NCBI GenBank assembly: GCA_963842085.1
Contig: CAWJET010000001.1
Location: forward strand, 1,056,001 to 1,120,000
Length of the DNA stretch: 64,000 nucleotides
DNA from: an uncultured delta proteobacterium
GTDB lineage: Bacteria; Desulfobacterota; Binatia; Binatales; Binataceae
Direction: 5' to 3'
In this document: positions 50,233-60,028 of the stretch, one piece after another
Layout of the letters: the number at the start of each line of letters is the position of its first letter
Position numbering within the stretch: position 1 is the stretch's first letter
Notes under the pieces: model-generated
Databases searched by the model: none
What the model was told of the DNA's origin: nothing
The model's input: only the letters and a program-made list of their open reading frames with translations
Translations under genes and position numbers: made by a program

Positions 50233-50910
50233 CTACCAAATCAATGGCAGCAGGCGGTGCCTCACCTTGCGTTGATATTCGGAGTAGCCCGCGAGGTTCT
50301 TGGCCAGGAATTTCTCTTCATCGAGAAGCCGCCACACGATTACAAGCACCATCGGAACTATCGCCAACAATCCCCACAACGAGCCAAGCGCGAGCGGTAC
50401 GCCCAGGAGCATGACGAGGGCGCCGATGTACATCGGATGACGCACGAGCGCGTACGGTCCGGTGGTGATGACGCGCTGCTCGGCGCCGACTTCGATGGTT
50501 CCGGAGGCAAAGCTGTTCTCCTTGAACACCAGAAATACGAAGTAGAGTCCGAGGACGATGAGAATGTCGCCGAACGCGGTTACATACGGCGGCACTGTGG
50601 ACCAGGCGAAACGATGATCGAGCGCGGAGACCACGAACATCGCGATAAATGCTGACGCGGCGACCGCTTGGATGATGTTCTGGGCTTTGTCCTGCTCGGC
50701 GCCCGGGCCCGCCTTGGTGCGCCGCTCCAGCAGCTTGGGATCGTTTTTCATCAGGTAGAGAGTGATCGCCAGCACCGACACGGAAAACAACGCGAGAAAA
50801 GCCCACGCCTGCCAGTAGTGGAGCGTCCACGCCGGCAGGAAAATCATCACGGCCATGATCACGAGAAGCTGGAGCAACCCGGCGAATGCCTTTATGTTTA
50901 GTTGGTTCAT
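50233..50910 (-). CDS. Isoprenylcysteine carboxylmethyltransferase-family membrane protein
   Basis: ENSFAS, TGPYALVRHPMY, EEKFL, LAGYSEY. Confidence 0.88.
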   Translation of the reverse strand: MNQLNIKAFAGLLQLLVIMAVMIFLPAWTLHYWQAWAFLALFSVSVLAITLYLMKNDPKLLERRTKAGPGAEQDKAQNIIQAVAASAFIAMFVVSALDHRFAWSTVPPYVTAFGDILIVLGLYFVFLVFKENSFASGTIEVGAEQRVITTGPYALVRHPMYIGALVMLLGVPLALGSLWGLLAIVPMVLVIVWRLLDEEKFLAKNLAGYSEYQRKVRHRLLPLIW

Positions 50911-50913
50911 GTC

Positions 50914-51453
50914 TCACGCCGCGTGGCCTTTTTTTGCGCGCGCCATCGCGGCTGGCCGCTTCGCATTGGCCAGGCCGAGGCCCATCGCAGCTTTGCGCGC
51001 GCGCCACCTTTCCAGCATCGCCGGCAACTCGGTCTGCATGAACTCGAAGAACGCGAGCGTCTCGGCGATCCGCGCGCCGGCCGGCGTGTCGCGCCCAACC
51101 ACGTCGATTCCTTCGCGCAGGCTCCGCTCGCATCGATCGAGCACCTGGTCCTTGCGGGCCATCGCCTCGTACCAGGTCTCGCTGTGCACGCGGTAGTGCT
51201 CGCGCCGCGAGCCGGGCTCCGCTTCGCGGCTGGCCAGATTGACCTGAACGAGGTAGCGAACCGCGCCGGATATCGCAGCCGGGCTGACGGCGAGCAGCTT
51301 GGCCAACTGCGCCGCGGTAAGCCTGCCCGAATCGGCGGCGAGCAGCGCGGCGAACACCCGCGCCGGCATTCTGGGAAACCCGGACGCAGTGAGCACGGCG
51401 GCGAAGCGCTCGATGAATCCCGAGCGGGCTTTATCCCGATTCACAGATTTCAC
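50914..51453 (-). CDS. GbsR/MarR-family regulator
   Basis: GFPRMPARVFAALL, LTAAQLA..L.VSPAAISGAVRYL; GTG start 51453 or 51444. Confidence 0.85.
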   Translation of the reverse strand: MKSVNRDKARSGFIERFAAVLTASGFPRMPARVFAALLAADSGRLTAAQLAKLLAVSPAAISGAVRYLVQVNLASREAEPGSRREHYRVHSETWYEAMARKDQVLDRCERSLREGIDVVGRDTPAGARIAETLAFFEFMQTELPAMLERWRARKAAMGLGLANAKRPAAMARAKKGHAA

Positions 51454-51465
51454 AATATCGTGAAA
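51448..51465. promoter_or_regulatory. Inverted-repeat operator, probable autoregulatory site
   Basis: TTTCAC-AATATC-GTGAAA over the regulator start. Confidence 0.55.
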
Positions 51466-51561
51466 ATACTGTAACCTGCCAAGGGGGTCAAGCAGAACCG
51501 AGGGAGTGGACGCGGGTGGCGCGCGCGCGGCAAGATTGACGATGCGGCGCAGGCGCTCGCG

Positions 51562-53535
51562 ATGAACCCGGAAACGCAATCCAATTCCTCGGACCTCACC
51601 CCGGGCTTCGGCGGGCTGCGCGTCATCGCGTTCGAGAGCCGGATGGCGGCCGAGGTCGCCACGATGATCGAGCGGCGCGGCGGCGTCGCGATTATCGCGC
51701 CGGCGATGCGCGAGGTGCCGCTTGAAGACAATCACGCGGCGCTGGATTTCGCCGAGCGTCTGCTGGGCAACGAAAGCGAATTCGAGGTGGTCATCTTCAT
51801 GACCGGCGTCGGCACGCGCGCGCTGTTCGCGGCGATGGAAACGCGGCATCAGCGGGCGGCGCTGGTCGCGGCGCTGGCAGCGATCACAACTGTGGCGCGC
51901 GGACCGAAACCGATTCGCGCAATGCGCGAACTCGGCATCGAACCGTCGATCGTCGTGCCGGTGCCGAACACCTGGCGCGAAGTGCTGAGTGCGCTCGCGG
52001 CGCGGGTCGAGCTCAAGGGCAAGCGCGTCGCCGTGCAGGAATACGGAGTATCCAATCACGAGCTGACAGCGGGGCTCGAGGCGCGCGGCGCCCGGGTCAC
52101 GATTGTTCCGGTATATAGATGGACGCTGCCGGCCGACCGCGCTCCCCTGCGCGCGGCGTTGGACGCGATTGCGGCGGGCGCGGCGGACGTCGCGATTTTC
52201 ACCAGCTCGAACCAGGTCACGAACGTGATTCAGCTCGCGGAGGCCGAAGGAATCGGCGACGGCGTCAAGCGCGGATTCGCGCGCATGGCGGTGGGCTCGA
52301 TCGGGCCGGTTTGCTCGAAGCAGATTCGCGCGTACGGGCTTCACGTTGACTTCGAGCCCGAGCACTCGAAGCTCGGCCACCTGGTCAAAGAGGCGGCGGC
52401 GCGGGCGGCTTCGATTCTCGTCGCGAAGCGCCCGCACGCGGCTCGGATCGAAGCGGTGGCGTCGCCAACTCCGCGGAGCGCCTTGATTTCGAACGCGCCG
52501 CGCTCCCCGCACGCCGAGCATCCGATGATGAAGGCGTGCCGGCGCGAGGCGACGCCCTACACTCCGATTTGGCTGATGCGGCAGGCGGGGCGCTACATGC
52601 CGGAGTATCGGCGCGTTCGCGAGCAGCATGGCTTTTTGGAGATGTGCAAGCGGCCCGAGCTGTCGGCCGAAGTCACGGTCACCGCGGTCGAGCGGCTCAA
52701 GGTGGATGCGGCAATAATTTTCGCCGACATCCTGCTGCCGCTGATCCCGATGGAAGTCGGGCTCCATTTCGAGAAGGGCGACGGGCCGGTGATCGATCGC
52801 CCGATTCGCACCGACGCCGACCTCGAACGGATGCCCGCCGTCGATGTGGCCGCGCTCGGCTTTGTCGGCGACGCGATCAAGCTGGTGCATCGCGCACTCG
52901 GCGCGACGACTCCACTCATCGGATTTGCCGGGGCGCCGTTCACGCTCGCGTCGTACCTGATCGAAGGCGGCTCGTCGCGGCAATACCAGGCGACCAAAAC
53001 TTTCATGTACACCCAGCCCGAAACGTGGCATCGCCTGATGGAGCGGCTGGCGCGCATCACGGCGGACTATCTGACGATGCAAATCGCGGCGGGCGCCGAC
53101 ATCGTGCAGATTTTCGACAGTTGGGTTGGCAGCCTCGGGCCGGACGACTACCGGCGCTTCGTGCTGCCGCACACGGCGTCGGTAATTGCGGCGATCCCCG
53201 CCGACGTGCCGGTGATCCATTTCGGAACGGTGACAGGGAACCTGCTCGAACTGATGCGCGAGGCAGGCGGCGACGTTATCGGGCTCGATTGGCGTGTCGA
53301 TCTCGCAGACGCGTGGGCGCGGCTCAACTACAGCGTCGCGGTGCAGGGCAACCTCGATCCGATCGTGCTGTTCGCGGACGTTTCAGAAATCCGCGCACGC
53401 GCGCGCGCCATTCTCGATCAGGCCGGCGGCCGGCCCGGGCACATTTTCAATCTCGGCCACGGAATACTTCCGGAGACGCCAGTCGATCACGTGATCGCGC
53501 TGGTCGATGCGGTTCATGAGATGAGCGCGCGCTGA
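51562..53535 (+). CDS. hemE: Uroporphyrinogen-III synthase (HemD)-uroporphyrinogen decarboxylase (HemE) fusion
   Basis: N-terminal ARGPKP, VYRW, FTS, IGPV; C-terminal WLMRQAGRY, FADIL, QGNLDP, FNLGHG; one 657-aa ORF. Confidence 0.92.
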   Translation: MNPETQSNSSDLTPGFGGLRVIAFESRMAAEVATMIERRGGVAIIAPAMREVPLEDNHAALDFAERLLGNESEFEVVIFMTGVGTRALFAAMETRHQRAALVAALAAITTVARGPKPIRAMRELGIEPSIVVPVPNTWREVLSALAARVELKGKRVAVQEYGVSNHELTAGLEARGARVTIVPVYRWTLPADRAPLRAALDAIAAGAADVAIFTSSNQVTNVIQLAEAEGIGDGVKRGFARMAVGSIGPVCSKQIRAYGLHVDFEPEHSKLGHLVKEAAARAASILVAKRPHAARIEAVASPTPRSALISNAPRSPHAEHPMMKACRREATPYTPIWLMRQAGRYMPEYRRVREQHGFLEMCKRPELSAEVTVTAVERLKVDAAIIFADILLPLIPMEVGLHFEKGDGPVIDRPIRTDADLERMPAVDVAALGFVGDAIKLVHRALGATTPLIGFAGAPFTLASYLIEGGSSRQYQATKTFMYTQPETWHRLMERLARITADYLTMQIAAGADIVQIFDSWVGSLGPDDYRRFVLPHTASVIAAIPADVPVIHFGTVTGNLLELMREAGGDVIGLDWRVDLADAWARLNYSVAVQGNLDPIVLFADVSEIRARARAILDQAGGRPGHIFNLGHGILPETPVDHVIALVDAVHEMSAR

Positions 53536-53539
53536 CACG

Positions 53540-54463
53540 ATGGCCGCAAAGGCAAAGTGCGACGCGATCCTGATGATCGGATTCGGCGGACCGACGCGCG
53601 CCGACGAGGTGCGGCCGTTTCTCGACAATGTTCTGCGCGGACGGCCAATCCCGCGCGAGCGCTACGAGGAAGTCGTGCATCATTACGATCTGCTCGGCGG
53701 ACGCTCGCCGTACAACGAACTCACGATGCGGCAAGCCGCTGCGCTGCGCGCGAAGCTTGAGAAAAGAGGCGGGCGCGTGCCGGTCGCGGTCGGGATGCGC
53801 AACTGGGAACCGTACATCGCCGAGTCGATGCGGGCGCTCGCCGGCGGCGGAGCGCGGCGAGCCCTCGGCTTCATCATGGCGGCGCATCGTAGCGAGGCGA
53901 GCTTCGAGCGCTACCAGGCATCGGTCAACGACGCGCGGAATGCGTTGGGCGAAGCGGCGCCCGAGGTCGTGTATCCGCAGACCTGGCACGACCATCCGCT
54001 GTTCATCGCGGCGGTGGCGTCGCGCACGCGCGAGGCGTTCGCGCGCCTCGACGCAGGCGAGCGATCGCGCGCACGGCTGATCTTCACTGCGCACAGCATT
54101 CCGGTCCCGATGGCGCAGGCTGGGAGGTACGTCGAGCAGCTTGCGCAGTCGGCGCGGATGGTCGCCGCGGAGCTTGGGCTCGGCACGTGGCAATTCGCCT
54201 ATCAAAGCCGCAGCGGCAGTCCGCGCGAAGTGTGGCTCGAACCCGACATCAAGGAAACGCTGCGGAGCCTCGACGCGAAGGCGGCAGTCGTCGTGCCCAT
54301 CGGTTTTTTGTGCGATCACGTCGAGGTGCTGTACGATCTCGATATTGAGGCGGCGCAGATCGCGCGCGACGCTGGAATCCGGATGGAACGCGCGCCGACT
54401 GTCGGCGACCATCCGCTGTTTATCGAGATGATGGCGTCAATCGCGGCAGCATACGTGCGCTGA
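53540..54463 (+). CDS. hemH: Ferrochelatase
   Basis: FGGP, GGRSP, FTAHSIP, YQSR, WLEPD, GFLCDHVEVLYDLD. Confidence 0.93.
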   Translation: MAAKAKCDAILMIGFGGPTRADEVRPFLDNVLRGRPIPRERYEEVVHHYDLLGGRSPYNELTMRQAAALRAKLEKRGGRVPVAVGMRNWEPYIAESMRALAGGGARRALGFIMAAHRSEASFERYQASVNDARNALGEAAPEVVYPQTWHDHPLFIAAVASRTREAFARLDAGERSRARLIFTAHSIPVPMAQAGRYVEQLAQSARMVAAELGLGTWQFAYQSRSGSPREVWLEPDIKETLRSLDAKAAVVVPIGFLCDHVEVLYDLDIEAAQIARDAGIRMERAPTVGDHPLFIEMMASIAAAYVR

Positions 54464-54488
54464 GCTGCCATTCGAGGGAGAACCTCAG

Positions 54489-55925
54489 ATGAACGCCGGC
54501 CCACAAATCAAGAGAGTTGCGGTAATCGGTGCGGGAATCACCGGGCTCGCGGCGGCGTATCGGCTGCGCGAACTGGCGGCCGCGCGCGAACTTCCGCTCG
54601 AAGTGGAATTGCTCGAGCGCGGCGCGCGATGCGGTGGTGCGCTCGAGACGATTCGCCGCGACGGATTCGTAATCGAGACCGGCGCGGATTCATTCCTGTC
54701 GGAAAAACCCGCGGCCGCCGAGCTGGCGCGGCGGCTTGGCCTCGGCACCGAGCTGATTCCGACGCGCGAGGTTTACCGCAAGACCTGCGTGGTGCGCGCG
54801 GGGCGGCTGGTCGAGATTCCCGCGGGATTTTCGCTGCTCGCGCCGGCGCATCTCGGACCGGTTTTCCGAAGCCGGCTTTTTTCGCCGCTCGGAAAACTGC
54901 GGATCGCGCTGGAGCCGTTCATCGCCAAGCGAACCAGCGACGACGACGAGAGCATGGAATCATTCGTGACGCGGCGGCTGGGGCGCGAGGTGCTCGACCG
55001 CGTCGCCCAGGCGCTCGCCGGCGGTATCTACACCGCCGATCCGAAACGGCTCAGCATGACGGCGACGATGCCGCGCTTTGTCGAGATGGAACGGCGCCAC
55101 GGCAGCGTCGTCAGGGGAATGCGCGCGGCGGAGAACGCGCGGGCGTCGAAAAGTTCGGACGTAAGCGGCGCGCGCTGGAGCCTGTTCCAGAGCTTTCGAA
55201 ATGGAATGGCGACGCTGCCCGAGGCGCTCGCGGCGCGGCTCGGCACGTCGATGCGCAAGGGCGCGGAAGTCGTCGCGATGTCGCGAAACGGGGACGGCTG
55301 GCGGCTCGCGCTCGCGGGCGCAGGCGCGATCGATGCCGACGCGGTAATCTGCGCGGCGCCGGCGTACTCGGCTTCGTGTATCGTGGCGGCGATCGCGCCG
55401 GCGGCTGCGAAGATGCTCGGCGAGATCAGCTACGCGTCCGCGGCGACGGTCAACCTGACGTTTCGCGAGAGCGACTTCGACGGCCCGCCGCGAGCGTTTG
55501 GCTTCGTGGTCCCGGCGATCGAGCATCGGCGAATAATCGCGGGCAGCTTTTCGAGTTTCAAATTCGAAGGACGCGCACCCGCCGGCGCAATCCTGGCGCG
55601 CGCGTTCGTCGGCGGAGAGATGAGCCGCGAAATGATGAGCCTCAGCGACGACGAGATGGTCGCCGCGGTGCGCGACGAGTTCCGCGCGTTGCTCGGAGTC
55701 AGCGCCGCGCCGGGATTCACCGAAGTCAGGCGATGGCCCGACTCGATGCCGCAGTACGAAGTCGGGCACTTGGCGCGCGTCGCGGAGATCGAGCGCGCCG
55801 TCGCGGACATTCCAGCGTTCGCAATCGCGGGCGCCGCCTATCGCGGCGTCGGGATTCCCGACTGCGTGCGCAGCGCCGAAGACGCGGCGGATGCGATCTT
55901 CGCGAGACTCTCGACGACCAAATGA
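54489..55925 (+). CDS. hemY: HemY-type proto/coproporphyrinogen oxidase
   Basis: GAGITGL, ETGADSF, GGIY, MPQYEVGH, GVGIPDCV. Confidence 0.92.
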   Translation: MNAGPQIKRVAVIGAGITGLAAAYRLRELAAARELPLEVELLERGARCGGALETIRRDGFVIETGADSFLSEKPAAAELARRLGLGTELIPTREVYRKTCVVRAGRLVEIPAGFSLLAPAHLGPVFRSRLFSPLGKLRIALEPFIAKRTSDDDESMESFVTRRLGREVLDRVAQALAGGIYTADPKRLSMTATMPRFVEMERRHGSVVRGMRAAENARASKSSDVSGARWSLFQSFRNGMATLPEALAARLGTSMRKGAEVVAMSRNGDGWRLALAGAGAIDADAVICAAPAYSASCIVAAIAPAAAKMLGEISYASAATVNLTFRESDFDGPPRAFGFVVPAIEHRRIIAGSFSSFKFEGRAPAGAILARAFVGGEMSREMMSLSDDEMVAAVRDEFRALLGVSAAPGFTEVRRWPDSMPQYEVGHLARVAEIERAVADIPAFAIAGAAYRGVGIPDCVRSAEDAADAIFARLSTTK

Positions 55926-57172
55926 GCATCGAGGCTTTCAGCGGCGGCAGCACGGCCCATTGGCCGCGCGTGATCGCGCATGCTGACATGGACGCGTTCT
56001 ACGCGTCGGTCGAAGTGCTTGACAATCCCGCCCTGCGCGGCCTGCCGGTGATCGTGGGCGGCCGCAGCGCGCGCGGCGTCGTCACCTCGGCGTCGTACGA
56101 GGCGCGCAAATTCGGCGTCCGTTCCGCGATGCCGACCGGGCAGGCGCGCAAACTGTGTCCGCAGGCGATTTTCGTCCCCGGCCGGATGGATCGCTACGTG
56201 GAAATCTCGCGCGTGGTGCGCCGCGTGTTCGAGAGCTTCAGTCCGATCGTCGAACCGCTCTCGCTCGACGAGGCATTTATCGATCTGACCGGCACGGAAC
56301 GTCTGCTCGGGCCGCCGCTAGACGTGGCGCACTCTCTCAAGCGCCGCGTGCTCGAGGAAACTGGGCTGGTCGCATCGGTGGGCGTCGCGCCGACCAAGAT
56401 GGCGGCGAAAATTCTGAGCGACATGTCGAAGCCCGACGGTCTGCTCATGGTCGGACCGGAACAATTGCGCGACTTCCTGACCCCGCTTCCGGTCGAAAGG
56501 CTGTGGGGCGTCGGACGCGTGACGCTTGCGCGCATGCATGATTGCGGAATCAAGACGGTCGGCGATCTCGCGCTGCGCGACCCGGCAGAGTTGAAGAGCA
56601 TGTTCGGCACGATGGGGCCGCATCTGCATGAACTGGCGTCGGGCAATGACACGCGCAGCGTAGTCGCCGACTGGCAGCGCAAGTCATACGGCGAGGAAAA
56701 TACTTTCGCGCACGACCTGGCGCTCGATTCGAATGAATTGCGGCGCGTGCTGATAGCTCATGGCGACGCGATCGCGCGACGGCTTCGCGCGGACGGCGTG
56801 CGCGCGCGGACGATCACGCTTAAGCTGAAACTTGCGCGTCCGCTCGGCGGCGGGCGCTATCCGCTGATCACGCGCAGTTTTTCACTGGAGGGCGCGACCA
56901 ACGACGGGCCGGAAATTTCGCGCGTCGCGACGCAGTTCCTGTCGAGGGTCGGCGGCAAGGAAAAGATTCGCCTCGCCGGAGTACAGGTGCATCAGCTCGA
57001 GCGCGCGGATAATTCGCAGCTCGGGCTGTTCGAATCAGCGCCGGTCCAGGATCGCAAGCGCGACCGGTTGAGCCGGGCGCTCGATTCGGTGGCCAGGAAG
57101 TTCGGCGACGAGGTCGTCACCCGCGGGCTGGCGCGCGCGGAGCGCGCCGCGCCGACGCGGCGGATCAAATGA
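55922..57172 (+). CDS. dinB: DNA polymerase IV
   Basis: HADMDAFYASVE, SYEARKFGV, SLDEAF, SKPDG; ATGA overlap with hemY. Confidence 0.95.
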   Translation: MSIEAFSGGSTAHWPRVIAHADMDAFYASVEVLDNPALRGLPVIVGGRSARGVVTSASYEARKFGVRSAMPTGQARKLCPQAIFVPGRMDRYVEISRVVRRVFESFSPIVEPLSLDEAFIDLTGTERLLGPPLDVAHSLKRRVLEETGLVASVGVAPTKMAAKILSDMSKPDGLLMVGPEQLRDFLTPLPVERLWGVGRVTLARMHDCGIKTVGDLALRDPAELKSMFGTMGPHLHELASGNDTRSVVADWQRKSYGEENTFAHDLALDSNELRRVLIAHGDAIARRLRADGVRARTITLKLKLARPLGGGRYPLITRSFSLEGATNDGPEISRVATQFLSRVGGKEKIRLAGVQVHQLERADNSQLGLFESAPVQDRKRDRLSRALDSVARKFGDEVVTRGLARAERAAPTRRIK

Positions 57173-57191
57173 CCGCGGCTTGCAAAGATTG

Positions 57192-57207
57192 ATTAACTAT
57201 AGTTAAT
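57192..57207. promoter_or_regulatory. Perfect 16-bp palindrome, probable MarR operator
   Basis: ATTAACTATAGTTAAT ending 10 nt before the MarR-like start. Confidence 0.6.
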
Positions 57208-57217
57208 ATCTTGCCTG

Positions 57218-57694
57218 ATGCAAGCATTCGGACGACGCGACCCGATCTTCCGCGCGATCGAGGCGATGACGGCGCTGGCGGAGATCTTCGAACGCCGCCG
57301 CGAGGCGCTGGCGCGCGGCGCGGGTATCACGATCGAGCAGTGGCGCGTGCTCGAGGAAATTTCGACCGAGCACTTTATTCCGTCGATGTTCGCGCGCAGC
57401 CGCGACAGCTCGGCGGCGGCGGTATCGAAAATATTGCGCCAGCTCCTCGACGGCGGCCTGGTCTCGGCCGCGATTGGGCGCGCCGACCGCAGGAACCGCA
57501 GTTACAGATTGACGGCGAAGGGAAACAGGACGCTGGCCGGCCTGCGCGCGTCGCGCCGGGCGGCGATCGAGGCGATTTGGACGGGATTTTCGCGCGACGA
57601 GCTGGCCGCGTTCAGCGCCTTCGCCATCACGCTGTCGGATCGGATCGAACGCTATTCGCGCGGGAAAAATGAGAGGCGGGCAGCGGCGGTTTGA
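57218..57694 (+). CDS. MarR-family regulator
   Basis: ITIEQWRVL, AAVSKIL..L...GLV, DRR...LTAKG. Confidence 0.85.
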   Translation: MQAFGRRDPIFRAIEAMTALAEIFERRREALARGAGITIEQWRVLEEISTEHFIPSMFARSRDSSAAAVSKILRQLLDGGLVSAAIGRADRRNRSYRLTAKGNRTLAGLRASRRAAIEAIWTGFSRDELAAFSAFAITLSDRIERYSRGKNERRAAAV

Positions 57695-57745
57695 TGAATC
57701 GAAGTTTCGCAATAAAATTGTTACGCCGCGGGAGTTGAAACCGTA

Positions 57746-59155
57746 ATGGCCGCAAAAACCCTGTTCGAGAAAATCTGGGAAGACCACGTAGTCCACGAAA
57801 AGCAGCACGAGCCTTCCCTGCTCTACATCGACCTGCACCTGGTGCACGAGGTCACCTCGCCGCAGGCGTTTGAGGGATTGCGCCGATCGGGGCGCAAAGT
57901 CCGCGCGCCGCATCGCACCTACGCCACGCAGGATCACAACGTGCCGACGACCGATCGGAGCAGGCCGATCACCGATCCCGATTCGAAGCTCCAGATCGAG
58001 ACGCTCCGGCGCAATTGCACAGAGTTCGGTCTCAGGTTGTTCGATATCGGCTCGCGCGAGCAGGGAATCGTGCACGTCATCGGCCCGGAGCTCGGGCTTA
58101 CGCAGCCGGGCATGACGATCGTATGCGGCGACAGCCATACCGCGACCCACGGCGCGTTCGGCGCGCTCGCGTTCGGCATCGGCACCAGCGAAGTCGAGCA
58201 CGTGCTGGCGACGCAGTGCCTGTGGGAAGAGCGTCCGCAGACGTTTGAGATTCGCGTCGAGGGCAAGCTCGGCACGGGAGTCGGCGCGAAGGATTTGATC
58301 CTCGGCATCATCGGCAAGATCAAGACCAACGGCGCGACTGGGCACGTGATCGAATACCGCGGCGCAGCCGTCGAGGCGTTGTCGATGGAAGAGCGGATGA
58401 CGGTGTGCAACATGTCGATCGAAGGCGGCGCGCGCGCCGGGATGGTCGCGCCGGACAGGACCACAGTAGAGTACCTGCGCGGGCGCCGGTACATCCCAGG
58501 CGGCAAGGACTTCGACGAACTCTCGGCGCGATGGCTCGAATGCCGCACCGACGACGGTGCGACTTTTGATCGCAGTGTGGTGTTCGACGCCGCGACGTTC
58601 GCGCCGCAGGTGACGTGGGGCACGAATCCCGGGATGGTCACCGACGTTCGGGGCAGCGTGCCGAATCCCGCCGAGATTGGCGACAAGGAGCAGCGCGATA
58701 CCGTCGAGCGGGCGCTGACCTACATGGCTTTGCGGCCAGGCACGAAAATCGAGGACATCAAGATTGATCGCGTATTCATCGGATCGTGCACGAACTCGCG
58801 GCTGAGCGATCTCAAGGCCGCCGCCGGTATCGTCCAAGGGCGCAAGGTTGCGCCGACGGTTCACGCGATGGTGGTGCCCGGCTCGCAAGCGGTCAAGGCG
58901 GAGGCGGAGAGCCTCGGGCTGGACAGAATTTTCACGGAAGCGGGTTTCGAGTGGCGCGAATCGGGATGCAGCATGTGCCTGGCGATGAACCCCGACGTGT
59001 TGCAGCCGGGCGAGCGATGCGCCAGCACCTCGAATCGCAACTTCGAGGGGCGGCAAGGCAAGGGCGGCCGCACGCACCTGGTGAGTCCCGCGATGGCGGC
59101 GGCGGCAGCGATTGCAGGGCACTTCGTCGACGTGCGTGAGTGGGCGAATCGGTAG
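57746..59155 (+). CDS. leuC: 3-isopropylmalate dehydratase large subunit
   Basis: [43 protein letters not shown]. Confidence 0.97.
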   Translation: MAAKTLFEKIWEDHVVHEKQHEPSLLYIDLHLVHEVTSPQAFEGLRRSGRKVRAPHRTYATQDHNVPTTDRSRPITDPDSKLQIETLRRNCTEFGLRLFDIGSREQGIVHVIGPELGLTQPGMTIVCGDSHTATHGAFGALAFGIGTSEVEHVLATQCLWEERPQTFEIRVEGKLGTGVGAKDLILGIIGKIKTNGATGHVIEYRGAAVEALSMEERMTVCNMSIEGGARAGMVAPDRTTVEYLRGRRYIPGGKDFDELSARWLECRTDDGATFDRSVVFDAATFAPQVTWGTNPGMVTDVRGSVPNPAEIGDKEQRDTVERALTYMALRPGTKIEDIKIDRVFIGSCTNSRLSDLKAAAGIVQGRKVAPTVHAMVVPGSQAVKAEAESLGLDRIFTEAGFEWRESGCSMCLAMNPDVLQPGERCASTSNRNFEGRQGKGGRTHLVSPAMAAAAAIAGHFVDVREWANR

Positions 59156-59165
59156 GGAGACAACC

Positions 59166-59771
59166 ATGCAGAAGTTCAAAAATTTTACCGGGATGGTGGC
59201 GCCGCTTGATCGCGCCAACGTCGATACCGATCAGATCATACCCAAGCAGTTTCTCAAGGCCGTCGTTCGAACCGGCCTCAAGGCGGGGCTGTTCATCGAC
59301 TGGCGGCGCAATGCCGACGGCAGCGAGAATAAGGATTTCGTGCTGAACAAGCCGCGCTTCCGGGGCGCATCGATTTTGGTGGCGCGCAACAACTTCGGCT
59401 GCGGCAGTTCGCGCGAGCATGCGGTGTGGGCGCTCGATGACGCCGGCTTCCGCGCGGCGATCGCGCCGGAGTTCGCCGACATCTTTCAGAACAACTGCCT
59501 CAAGAACGGTTTTCTTCCGGTCACGCTGAAGCCCGATGAGGTCGAGCATATTTTTCGCGCGACCGGCGACTACGAGGCCTACCGGCTCACGATCGACCTC
59601 GAAAAGCAGACCGTGTCCGACGATTTCGGCTGGACGGCGCATTTCGAGATCGAGCCGTTCGACAAGAAGTGCCTGCTGGAAGGTCTCGACGACATCGCGT
59701 TGACGCTCGCGCACCAGGATCGGATCGTCGCGTACGAGAAGGCGCATCCACTGCCGCATCGCTTCGAGTAG
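59166..59771 (+). CDS. leuD: 3-isopropylmalate dehydratase small subunit
   Basis: NVDTDQIIPKQFL, NFGCGSSREHA, FADIF, GLDDI. Confidence 0.96.
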   Translation: MQKFKNFTGMVAPLDRANVDTDQIIPKQFLKAVVRTGLKAGLFIDWRRNADGSENKDFVLNKPRFRGASILVARNNFGCGSSREHAVWALDDAGFRAAIAPEFADIFQNNCLKNGFLPVTLKPDEVEHIFRATGDYEAYRLTIDLEKQTVSDDFGWTAHFEIEPFDKKCLLEGLDDIALTLAHQDRIVAYEKAHPLPHRFE

Positions 59772-59777
59772 GTTCCT

Positions 59778-59999
59778 ATGAAGGCAATCCAATCGATGAC
59801 AATCATCGCGCTGTTCTCGACGGCGCTGACCGGATGTTGGTTTTATTCGCGGCCTGACACAGCGACGGGCTGTCAGAAGACCACCTACGGCGTCGTGACC
59901 GACTCGACCACCACCGAGAACTGTCCTCCTCCCACTAACGGAGGCACTCCGGCGCCGCCGTCGATCGCACCGCCGATACCGCCGCCCGCGACGCCGTGA
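59778..59999 (+). CDS. Small Pro-rich lipoprotein
   Basis: Lipobox LTGC, two more Cys, Pro-rich tail. Confidence 0.6.
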   Translation: MKAIQSMTIIALFSTALTGCWFYSRPDTATGCQKTTYGVVTDSTTTENCPPPTNGGTPAPPSIAPPIPPPATP

Positions 60000-60028
60000 T
60001 TCGCGCGTCGATGCGGTAATTCACGCTC

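Noticed and set aside
50914-53220. 768-aa minus-strand ORF
   Set aside because: Only the last ~180 codons are a GbsR/MarR protein; the rest is antisense to hemD-hemE.
54629-57172. 847-aa ORF as an extended DinB fusion
   Set aside because: The N-terminal part is an off-frame read of hemY; DinB motifs start after ATG 55922.
57203-59218. Long antisense ORFs over leuC (and similar over ggt, tolQRA, the TPR gene, the phosphatase)
   Set aside because: Shadow ORFs expected in high-GC DNA; Arg/Ala-rich with no motifs.
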